Assembly (NCBI GenBank): GCA_013416795.1
Contig: RQSC01000854.1
Location: forward strand, 1 to 25,479
Reading direction: 5' to 3'
Origin: Prasinococcaceae sp. CCMP 1430
Taxonomy: Eukaryota > Plantae > Prasinodermophyta
Length of the DNA: 25,479 nucleotides
The position numbers were made by a program, and so were the translations under genes. Below are positions 17,162-25,370 of this stretch, one piece after another. Below the pieces are notes generated by a model. It was not told the origin of the DNA and did not search any database. It was given only the letters and a program-made list of their open reading frames with translations. Every line of letters begins with the position of its first letter. Position 1 is the stretch's first letter.

Positions 17162-17192
17162 GAAAAAATCGCCACCCGCGCGCGATTTTTTC
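17162..17192. promoter_or_regulatory. Perfect 11-bp inverted repeat GAAAAAATCGC-N9-GCGATTTTTTC in the divergent promoter
   Basis: The arms at 17162-17172 and 17182-17192 are exact reverse complements. Confidence 0.55.
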
Positions 17193-17595
17193 CACCGCCA
17201 AACTCAACGACAATTCATCTCCGCCGCTCATCAGAATCATCATCACATCAGGATTTCGTTTTTTTTTGTCAGGCAGCCGACGGGTCAATGCAATGCTCAA
17301 AAGACAGTGCGAGGGACCGCCGATTCGCAGCCGTGGCTTTCCAATTTTCCATGGATTTGATCGAGCGGATTGCCCGCATTGCAACACCCTCCCACCCGCG
17401 CACAGCGCCGCTACCATCGTCGGCGTTGGCACGATATGATGCGCGCCACGCGATACGTGGGCGTCGCCACCGAGGCCGACGCCGAGGGGCCGGTCAGGAG
17501 AAATGCCACGTGCGGGCAGGCGTGCGGGCAAGCGTGCCGGCATGCGTGCGTGCGCGCGTGCGTGCGTGTCCGTGTGTGTGTGTGGTGGTTGTCTC

Positions 17596-17654
17596 CGTGC
17601 GCGCGCGTGCGCACGTGTACGTGTGCGTGTGTGTGCGTGCGTGTGTGTGCACAC
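17596..17654. repeat. 59-nt strictly alternating pyrimidine/purine (GT/GC/AC) tract
   Basis: The tract reads cgtgcgcgcgcgtgcgcacgtgtacgtgtgcgtgtgtgtgcgtgcgtgtgtgtgcacac. A second shorter tract is at 17541-17569. Confidence 0.9.
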
Positions 17655-17798
17655 TCGCGTCGGCGGCATGTGAGCCACAAGGGACGCACGCGTGCGCGTG
17701 CCACAGGGAGCCCATCCGCCAGCACGCCCATCCCCGCGGCACGTGCTGGCCCACGCGCCCGTTACGCGTCGTGGACACCCGCGCGGTCGCGACGCGAG

Positions 17799-19115
17799 AT
17801 GCGAGAGTACAGCGCCGCCGGCGCGCGTGTGGACGGCGGCGACGCGCGCGTGGTCGCCTTCATCAACAAGCGATCTGGGGGGCAGCGCGGCGAGGCGGCT
17901 CACGCGGCGCTCGTGGAGGCCATCGGCGCGGACAACGTCTTCACGCTCGTACCGAAGGAGGGCGGACCCAGGCCCGGCCTGGAGGAGCTCGCGCGGGCGC
18001 ACTACGACAACAAGGGCGCGGGCGACGGGGTGGTGGTGCTCTGCTGCGGAGGCGATGGAACGTTCAATTGGATATCGACGGTCCTGCTGGACCTCGAGGC
18101 GATCAAGCCGGCAGGCGCACCTGCTTTTCGCCCGGAGCTCGTGACTGTGCCGCTGGGCACGGGCAACGACCTCTCTCGCGCGCTGGGCTGGGGAAAGGGG
18201 TACCCGGGCGACGCGGGCCTGAAAAAGTTCTGCGCGGATGCCCGCGCGGCGACGCGCGGGCCGAGTATCGACCTGTGGACGGTGCGCTTTGCCGCCGGTG
18301 ACGCGAAATACCCCCAGATGGAGAACTACTGCTCGGTGGGCGTGGACGCGGAGGCAGCCAGGAGGTTCGCCGAGGCGCGCGAGGCGAATCCGGAGGCGTT
18401 CTCAAGTCAGTGGAAGAACAAGTCGGTGTACGCGCAGACTGGGGCCAAGCTGGCAGTGACGGGCGCGGCCACGCTCAACTACAAGGTGAAGGCGTTGCAG
18501 ATCGCTGGCGAGGACGTACCGCTCCCGCACGGATGCAAGAGCATCGTGGTGCTCAACATCGCGTCCTTCGGCGCGGGGACCGACCCATGGGGCAAGAAAG
18601 GCGTGATCCCGCATAAGAAGAAGCTCGAATCGCCCGCGATCAACGATGGGCTGCTCGAGGTGGTCGCGCTCGGGTCGATCGCAGACGTGCCCAAGTCGAT
18701 GCTCACTAGCAAGATCTTCGGCTACGGCGTGCAGCGCGTCGGCCAGGGCGACTCGGTGCGCATCGAATTCGAGAGCGCGGCGGCCGCCGCGGAGAGCCAC
18801 CCGTCCTGCTGCGGCCTCATGACAAAGAAATCGACGCGCAAGGAGCTCGCTGTGCAGGTCGATGGCGAGGCGTGGGCGTTCCCGTTTGCGGACGAGGTGC
18901 TCGAGATTTCGCTCAAGGGGCGCGTGGGGGTGCGCTTCGGGCCATCGCACGCGCCCGGGAAGGGAATCAGCGCAGGGCAGGCGAAGGCTGCGCCAGAGCT
19001 GGGCTGGGATCCCGCGGCACTCGAGAAGAAGCGCGCCAGCGATGCTGACAAGGCTGCGCAGCCGCACGAAGGGGACGCTGAGGGCGATGAGGACACAACG
19101 ACGAAGAAAGAGTGA
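17799..19115 (+). CDS. DGK: Diacylglycerol kinase (catalytic plus accessory domains, no C1 domain seen), about 438 aa; start may lie further upstream
   Basis: Motifs include VVAFINKRSGGQRG, LCCGGDGTFNWI, VPLGTGNDLSRALGWG, NYCSVGVDA, IVVLNIASFGAG, INDGLLEVV and VQVDGEAW. Confidence 0.93.
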   Translation: MREYSAAGARVDGGDARVVAFINKRSGGQRGEAAHAALVEAIGADNVFTLVPKEGGPRPGLEELARAHYDNKGAGDGVVVLCCGGDGTFNWISTVLLDLEAIKPAGAPAFRPELVTVPLGTGNDLSRALGWGKGYPGDAGLKKFCADARAATRGPSIDLWTVRFAAGDAKYPQMENYCSVGVDAEAARRFAEAREANPEAFSSQWKNKSVYAQTGAKLAVTGAATLNYKVKALQIAGEDVPLPHGCKSIVVLNIASFGAGTDPWGKKGVIPHKKKLESPAINDGLLEVVALGSIADVPKSMLTSKIFGYGVQRVGQGDSVRIEFESAAAAAESHPSCCGLMTKKSTRKELAVQVDGEAWAFPFADEVLEISLKGRVGVRFGPSHAPGKGISAGQAKAAPELGWDPAALEKKRASDADKAAQPHEGDAEGDEDTTTKKE

Positions 19116-19320
19116 AGACGCCCGACTGCGTGAAACTCCTGTGGGCATTGTCGCTCTTGACCGCCGATCACGCAACACTCAGCCGCCTACCCTTGCACCA
19201 AGACGCACTGACGCATAGATGAAGAGAGAGAAGTGCGAGGTGCCGTGGCGTATGCGCAGCAAGACCGCGCCACAGCTACCGTAAGAGTGGCGAACAGGTG
19301 GGAAGGTGGACGCCTATTAC

Positions 19321-19340
19321 TTACATATTATATATATATA
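19321..19340 (-). promoter_or_regulatory. Candidate UGUAA signal of L2HGDH (19325-19321) with an adjacent (AT)n tract
   Basis: The plus strand reads ttacatattatatatatata, and the TGTAA lies 19 nt past the stop at 19344. Confidence 0.5.
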
Positions 19341-19343
19341 CTG

Positions 19344-21387
19344 TCACGCGCGCCAGAGCTTCCACCATCGTCGGCGCTCTGCCACGCCCTGTGCTGCTAC
19401 CTTGCCGACTGGCGCGGGCGGTCGCACGGGCAGGCCGAATGCCTCCGCCGCCTCGTCCGCGATGGCCGCGCCAATTGCGAGCGAGCTCGTCGCCGCGGGG
19501 CTCGGGGCGTTGCGGCAATGCAGCGCCCTTGCCGCGCCGCTCGGCGCGTTTCGTGGCGAGCGGTGGAAGACGAAGTCCTGCGCACATGCACGCACATGCG
19601 CGTTTGCGCGCGCACCCGCCCGCCCCACGCGCTCGCTGAGGCGTTAGCACATTGGCACGAGCTGACAGCAGCCGCACGCTCGCGCACGCGCGCTCGCACC
19701 TCAACGAGCGAGCCGTGCGCATCGAGCGCCTGCGCGCGCACGCCGCTCGGCCCCCTCTTGACGTCCGCCAGCGTGAGCTCGGGTATGTACCTCTGCAATC
19801 TCGCTACCTGCGCGGGCAGGTAGACGGCGCGCCACATCTCGTCTACGCCGAACGCAAGATTCTTCCACGCGAGCGCGCGGAAGCCCTCGAAGGAGAACGC
19901 GTCCCACATGTCCCGGAGCGAGAACGTCCCCATAGTGTATCCCTCGCGCGAGAACGCGAACACGGCGTTGGGTCCGAGCCACATCTCACCGTCGGGCCGC
20001 GGTGTGAAGTGCACGCCGAGGAAAGGGTAGCGCGCATCGGGCACTGGGTAGATGTTGCCTTTGACGAGGTGGCGCTTGCTCTCGTCAAGGAGGAGGTAAT
20101 CACCTCGGAAGGGGACGATTCGTGGCTCGGGGTCGCAGCCGCCCTTGGCGGCCAGCCGGTCGGCGTGCAGGCCGCCGCACACCACCACGCGATCCGCCAC
20201 GATGCCCTCCCCGCTCGATGTGCGAACTATCACGGGGGAGAAAGGTGCCGCCTCGCCCTTTGTGCTCCCCCCGCTGAAGTTGCCACTGCCCTCAGCGCCC
20301 TCGAAGTCGACGACCTCGCGGCGGAGCAGAATCTCCCCGCCGGCCTCCTCAAAGTCGGTGCCGTACGAGCGTGCCACGCGGGCCCAGTCGACCACTCCGG
20401 TCGACGGGCAGCGCACCGCCATCACGCCCGCGCAGTGTGGCTCGACGGCGCGGACCTCCTCGGCTGTTTGCAGCTACGCGCGAGGCCCGACCGCGCACAC
20501 GCGCGGTCGGGGATCGCCGAGCACGGCTCGCGCAGGGTCAGTACAAAATTGCTCTCGCAGGTCCAGCAGGGCGCAGCAAACCGCGCGGGCTGCGGGCACG
20601 CACAAGGCACCAGGGCGCGCTCTATGCCCTGGTTCTCGACGCGAGCGCTCGCTCGTCCATCGTTCTAAGGGCCTGGCGAAGGCGCGCACGCACCAGCTGC
20701 GCGCCCTCGACGCCGTTGGCCTTCGCCCGGTACCACAGCTTCATGAGGGGCAGCATCTCGCTCTCGTCGACCGCGACGATAAGCTTACCCACGCGATCGT
20801 ACGGAATGCCATGCGCGTCGCAGTACTCGTACCTGAGCAGCGCGTAGGCGCGAAATCGGGCGCGGAAGAGCGCGCAGCGGTGTCAGCAGCACGCGTGGGA
20901 CCCCTCCGACGCGTTCGCGCTGAGACCCGGGGGAGCGCGCGCGTCCCCCTCCGTTCGGGTGCGACCACCAGCGCGACATCGAGGGAGCGTGAAATGGCGG
21001 GCGGGCGTGCACGCTTCGCGGTCCGTACGTCTTCCTGTTGCCCTCAACGCATAGCTTCGCCTTGAGCGTCCCCGGCGTGTAGTACACGCCGCTGTGGATG
21101 ACACCGCTGTTGTGGCCTGTCTGGTGTGTGGCGAGCTCGCCCTCCTTCTCAAGCAACACCATGGAGAGCGAAGGGTGCCGAAGCTGGAGCTCGCGCGCGG
21201 CGGCTAGCCCCACAATACCACCACCGACGACGGCGACGTCATAGCGCTCGCGACGGGGGGGCGGCGGCCTCCGCGCGGGCGACGCGTCCGCAGCGACCAA
21301 AGCGGGCGTGTCGCGTGCGCCCACCGCGGTGGCGGCGAGCGCTCCCGCGGCTGCCGCCGCAGCCGCTGCGCGCCGCAGGAGCGCCAT
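19344..21387 (-). CDS. L2HGDH: L-2-hydroxyglutarate dehydrogenase (FAD-dependent, LhgO/L2HGDH), 4 exons: 21387-21029, 20832-20694, 20473-19700, 19577-19344; about 501 aa
   Basis: Motifs include [39 protein letters not shown]...[21 protein letters not shown]|DFVF and [15 protein letters not shown]. The introns at 20833-21028 (phase 2), 20474-20693 and 19578-19699 (both phase 0) are all GT-AG with CTRAC and restore the frame. Confidence 0.95.
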
Positions 21388-21606
21388 TGGCGCTGGCCTC
21401 CGGCAGTGGGAGCCTGCGACGCACGGCGTGCGCCGCGTGCCCGAGAGGCACCTCTGGCCGTGCTGCGCGCGTGGTGTGGTTGTGCGCGCGGGCTCGCGTC
21501 ACCACACCACTTAAGTACGTACTGTAGTGCAGTGAACAGTGCGCGTGGCATCTGCGCCTGGGCCACACGTAGCGATGGCTGCATTCATGCACGCCCGGGC
21601 TCCTTC

Positions 21607-21611
21607 TTACA
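21607..21611 (-). promoter_or_regulatory. Candidate UGUAA signal of the 21671-23155 gene
   Basis: TTACA on plus lies about 60 nt past the stop at 21671. Confidence 0.45.
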
Positions 21612-21670
21612 TGATCTGAAAATAAGTACACGGCGCGCGAGCCCGTCGCACACACGTGTGACGACGTTCA

Positions 21671-23155
21671 TCAATCGTCACCCTCCTCGTCAGCCTCCCA
21701 CGGAAGCACTCCGTCCACCGGGGGCAACCTTGGCTCTCCGCGCCTCGAAGACGCAAGCGAGGCGGCACCAGCAGCGGCCAGTCGACCGACCTCGTGCAGA
21801 AAGCCACCCTCACCAGCCCGGTCCTGTCGCCTAGCAGCAGCTGCAGCGATGAGAGCGGTCACCTGGCGGGGCAGCTGCGGGAGGGAATAGCGGAGCCGTC
21901 CGTCCTCGCGTCGCAGCCGCAGAGTCACGCACTCATCCGCGTCAATATTTCGCAGGCTGGGCACCAGCTTGAGAGTTTGCGACGGCACGCCAAGCGTGAC
22001 GTCGTACGCCGCCAGCCCTTTCGTCGGCTCCAGCGACACACCCAACCTCTGCGCCTCGCTCCACGCGTCCAAGTCAAGCCGCGCCTCTCCCCAGGTGCAG
22101 AGATGCGTGCGGCTTCCTACCAGCGCGTCCGAGCGTCGCAGCTCTATGCGACCGCCGGGATGGAGCTGCAGCCTCATGGGAGCCAGCTGGGCCCGCACGC
22201 CACGCACTCCGTTGCTCTGGCGGTCCCCATCGCCGTCGCGTCGCGTCTTGCTGCCACCTGCCTCTGCTATCGCCGCCAGCTCTCGCGCCACTCTTGCCGC
22301 CACGCTGTCAGCCTCAAGCTCCAACGCGCCGCGCGCATCAACCACTGCGCGCATTGTTGCCTGATCCAGCCTTGCCACGGGCCATACGGGCATGTTCGCC
22401 TGTTCCAGGCATACCGTCACGTACTGGGGCGCGCCGCCCACGCCTTTCGCCGCCACGGAGCCAAGCAGCGGGAAGAGCGTCCGCAGGGATGCGCGCAGCG
22501 CGTTCCTTCCGTCCAAGGAGAGCGCGAGCTCGAGGGGCTCAACGAGCTCGACGCTAGCAGTAGGCAGCACCCGGGATATCAACGAGCCAGATTCCGCCTG
22601 CCCTCCTCCGTTCTCGCCCTTGGATTCCTCTCGAGGTGTCTGCGAGCCATCCTGCGCGTCCTGGGGGCCCTCGCGTCCGCCGCGTTGCTTGTGCCAGCTA
22701 AGGTGCAATGCGGCCGAACCATTTACGGTGCTGGAGTCGACCGAGAAGCGCACGAGCGTCCCACGCACCAGCGAGCTCAGCACGCCTTCCTGCGATTCCA
22801 AGCTCACATACAGGGTCTCGACCTCCACGGGCGCTACCTCTGCTCCCTCCGAGGCGGCGGCGATGTGTGGGAGCGTCACCTCCAGCGCCAACCTTTTCTC
22901 GTTCTCCACCCGAACCTTGACGAGGGCCCCGTCCGGCAGCCAGGGCATGGCCGCCCGAGCGACGTTTCCAAGGATGTCGTCCAGGCGGGGGTGGTGACCC
23001 GCGCGTGGCACGAGCACCACCGCGGCAACAGCCACGCCCCCTGCTGCTGCGACCGCGGCGGCGGCGCGGCGCGCGAGCTTGCCGCGGCGAACACCCCCGC
23101 TGCGTCCGCCCTGCCCCCCCGCGCCCGCCGGCGGCACCGCGCCGCGGGCGGCCAT
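21671..23155 (-). CDS. Membrane-anchored beta-rich protein, possibly AsmA/TamB-like C-terminal type; about 494 aa
   Basis: An N-terminal hydrophobic segment (AAAAVAAAGGVAVAAVVLV) precedes alternating beta-strand patterns. The C-terminal part reads MRLQLHPGGRIELRRSDALVG...LCTWGEARLD...YDVTLGVP. The CDS is well supported; the family call is tentative. Confidence 0.7.
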   Translation of the reverse strand: MAARGAVPPAGAGGQGGRSGGVRRGKLARRAAAAVAAAGGVAVAAVVLVPRAGHHPRLDDILGNVARAAMPWLPDGALVKVRVENEKRLALEVTLPHIAAASEGAEVAPVEVETLYVSLESQEGVLSSLVRGTLVRFSVDSSTVNGSAALHLSWHKQRGGREGPQDAQDGSQTPREESKGENGGGQAESGSLISRVLPTASVELVEPLELALSLDGRNALRASLRTLFPLLGSVAAKGVGGAPQYVTVCLEQANMPVWPVARLDQATMRAVVDARGALELEADSVAARVARELAAIAEAGGSKTRRDGDGDRQSNGVRGVRAQLAPMRLQLHPGGRIELRRSDALVGSRTHLCTWGEARLDLDAWSEAQRLGVSLEPTKGLAAYDVTLGVPSQTLKLVPSLRNIDADECVTLRLRREDGRLRYSLPQLPRQVTALIAAAAARRQDRAGEGGFLHEVGRLAAAGAASLASSRRGEPRLPPVDGVLPWEADEEGDD

Positions 23156-23523
23156 AGCTACGTCTGGATGCAAGGCGCTGCCGTCGGAGGGGCTCGGGCC
23201 GCCCGCATCTACACCGCACAGGACGCGCTGCGTCGCTCGTGCGGTGTGTGACGCCTCCAGCGCTCGCGCACCGGGTTTCTGTGACGGGGCAAGCAAACGA
23301 AGGCGAAAACGGATTGAGTTCGCAGATTCGCTGACATGGCGCCAGCGCGGCCGCGCGCCAGGACTTTGAACCCTATTACGACCCCAAACATCCGCGGGCC
23401 AATTGCTACAGTAACCTTAACATCCCACTCCATCTCCATCCCAACACCCCGCGCGCTGGCACCAGTTGACTGACAGTGTGTGACAGTTGGCGAATGTGCG
23501 AGCGCCGGCGGCACTCCGCGTTC

Positions 23524-23556
23524 GGGGGGCGCGCGAGGGGGGGGAGGGGGGGGGGG
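23524..23556 (+). repeat. Poly-G runs (G6, G8, G11) just upstream of the GT8 start codon
   Basis: Read directly. The last run ends 17 nt before ATG 23573. Confidence 0.85.
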
Positions 23557-23572
23557 CGCTGAGTGCGACGAG

Positions 23573-25201
23573 ATGGGCTGCACGCTCAGAGCGGCGCTCG
23601 GCGCGCTCGCGCTGTGCCTCGCCGCTGCAGGCACGGCCACGGTGGCTCTCTTTGGCAGCCAGCGGCACCAGTTTCAGCTGACAAGCACCCAGGGTGATCG
23701 AACTTATGGCGCCCGCTACGGAGCTCTCGTCGCTGCGGCGCGCAACGCTGTTGCGTCGCCTACTAACACGACCAGCACTGAGGCCACGAGTGGGACCTTC
23801 GCGACCGGCTTCGAGCAGGCGACAGCGCGGGCGCTCGGACGGCATGGACACGGGCGCGTCGCCGTCGTGCACGTCAGCAACCAGGTGACAACGCTCTCAG
23901 GGGTCCTGCAGGCCGCGTCTTCCCTGCAATCGCTGCGCAACGGCAGTGACGCAGATGCTGCGGCCGGCGCGCCATTGGTGATTGATGGCGTCGTTCTCGA
24001 GCACTGCCTGGTGATGACGCCACACACCCGCAAAGACATGATCACCTCAGAAAGTGCCTTTGGGTCAGATCATCGCTTGTATGAGGCCGCGGCCCTCGCG
24101 GCGGGAGTGGATCGAGTCCTCAAAGTCGAAAAGGAAGACCTCGCGCAGATCCAATCGGCATATGCCCGTGGCCTAAAGACAGGCTCGGATAACACCTGGT
24201 TTCCGGTGCTCATGTATATCGCAGCGATGCCAAGGCTCGAGCAGTTGTACGATCGCGTGCTGGTCATCGACAACGACGTGCAGATCATGCAGCCCCAGGT
24301 AGTAGCGCGCGCTATTTTGGACTACACTCCGCCCGCGTACGCATTCTGGAAGACTGACCTTAACGGTGGCGTGGGACTGATCGAGCCCAGCCGCGAGTAC
24401 AGCGACGCGCTCTGCGACTACATCGCGCGCGCGGGAGGTGGGACGCATCATCGCCAAGGAATGCTGAAGGCCGCTATGGGTGGCGCGCGTGCTGCGCAAT
24501 CGGCCAACGCCACGCTAAGGCTCGGGGCAGAGGACGACCCGCGATCGTTTGGCAAAGGGGAGCAAGCAGTCGTCGAAGCGTTCCTGTCGAGCCCCGCCGC
24601 AGAGGCTCGATGGCCATTGACTGTGCTGCCAACGACGCTGAACTATCGCTCGACGGATCTCGAAGCGTCCGATTGGGCCCTGGCCTACCGGGCCTACTTT
24701 CGCAGGCACAGCATTGCGATGGCGCACCACACTCTCGGCAAGCCCTGGGCCGATGACGCGATGGCCAAATCAATAGGCTTGGCACTCGATGCGGCGGAAG
24801 CAACCCGCACCGACGAGGCATCCACGCCTGATGCGCGCATAATGACGCTTGCCGAGACCAAAGCTCTGGTGAATGACCCAAAAATGGCCTCCGCGACCAG
24901 GCGCACGCAGGAGCAACGGTCCCAGGTGAAGCGAAGCACGGAGCCGATCCGCGAGTCTCTTAACTTCGAGTGGTGGCTTAACATTGGGCGCCTGAGGACG
25001 CTGGGGGCCGTGGAGCAGGTGCTGCTCAATGCTTCACAACAGAACTACACGGCGAAAGAAAAGGAGTCGTCGCCTTGGCTATTGCACCAGGCTGCAACCT
25101 TGCAAGAACAGCTTAAGCTCGCTCGGAGGTGTCAGGCCGCGCGCGACGAGGCGGGGCTCAGTGTGACCGCCGTCGAGTGGTACCGCGGGCTACAAGACTG
25201 A
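23573..25201 (+). CDS. Type II membrane or secreted glycosyltransferase, GT8 family (glycogenin/PGSIP-like fold), about 542 aa
   Basis: An N-terminal hydrophobic anchor precedes YDRVLVIDND (DxD), LNGGVGLIEPS, GEQ, LPTTLNY and HHTLGKPW, which are GT8 hallmark motifs. Confidence 0.82.
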   Translation: MGCTLRAALGALALCLAAAGTATVALFGSQRHQFQLTSTQGDRTYGARYGALVAAARNAVASPTNTTSTEATSGTFATGFEQATARALGRHGHGRVAVVHVSNQVTTLSGVLQAASSLQSLRNGSDADAAAGAPLVIDGVVLEHCLVMTPHTRKDMITSESAFGSDHRLYEAAALAAGVDRVLKVEKEDLAQIQSAYARGLKTGSDNTWFPVLMYIAAMPRLEQLYDRVLVIDNDVQIMQPQVVARAILDYTPPAYAFWKTDLNGGVGLIEPSREYSDALCDYIARAGGGTHHRQGMLKAAMGGARAAQSANATLRLGAEDDPRSFGKGEQAVVEAFLSSPAAEARWPLTVLPTTLNYRSTDLEASDWALAYRAYFRRHSIAMAHHTLGKPWADDAMAKSIGLALDAAEATRTDEASTPDARIMTLAETKALVNDPKMASATRRTQEQRSQVKRSTEPIRESLNFEWWLNIGRLRTLGAVEQVLLNASQQNYTAKEKESSPWLLHQAATLQEQLKLARRCQAARDEAGLSVTAVEWYRGLQD

Positions 25202-25336
25202 CTTGGAGCACGGATCAGCGATGGCGCCGACCACAGCGCCCTCAACGCATGGACTGCCGCACTGCGCTCCTGCCTCCGCCGACCGAAGACTCTTGGGTCA
25301 TTTTAACGGTTACGATGAGGGTTCGTACCATGCGGT

Positions 25337-25370
25337 CGCACGTGCATACCATCAGGATGGTACACGTGCG
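25337..25370. promoter_or_regulatory. Compound palindrome CGCACGTG-ca-TACCATC-ag-GATGGTA-CACGTGCG (two CACGTG G-boxes flanking a TACCATC/GATGGTA core)
   Basis: It forms 15 paired bases with a 2-nt bulge. The core also occurs at 427-441. Confidence 0.5.

Noticed and set aside
17370-17798. N-terminal extension or Cys-rich C1-like domain of DGK (ATCGQACGQACRHACVRACV...)
   Set aside because: The Cys/Val/Arg pattern is just the translation of GT/GC dinucleotide repeats. A short upstream exon from ATG 17436 (MMRATRYVGVATEADAEGP) is possible, but no convincing splice pair was found.
8650-21028. Introner (repetitive intron) elements
   Set aside because: The seven predicted introns share only splice signals and GC-rich low complexity. 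No extended mutual similarity was visible by eye.
3290-25201. A single biosynthetic cluster linking GT31, anmK and GT8
   Set aside because: The genes are separated by unrelated housekeeping genes (CTNNBL1, L2HGDH, TMX), and there is no shared pathway logic beyond sugar handling.
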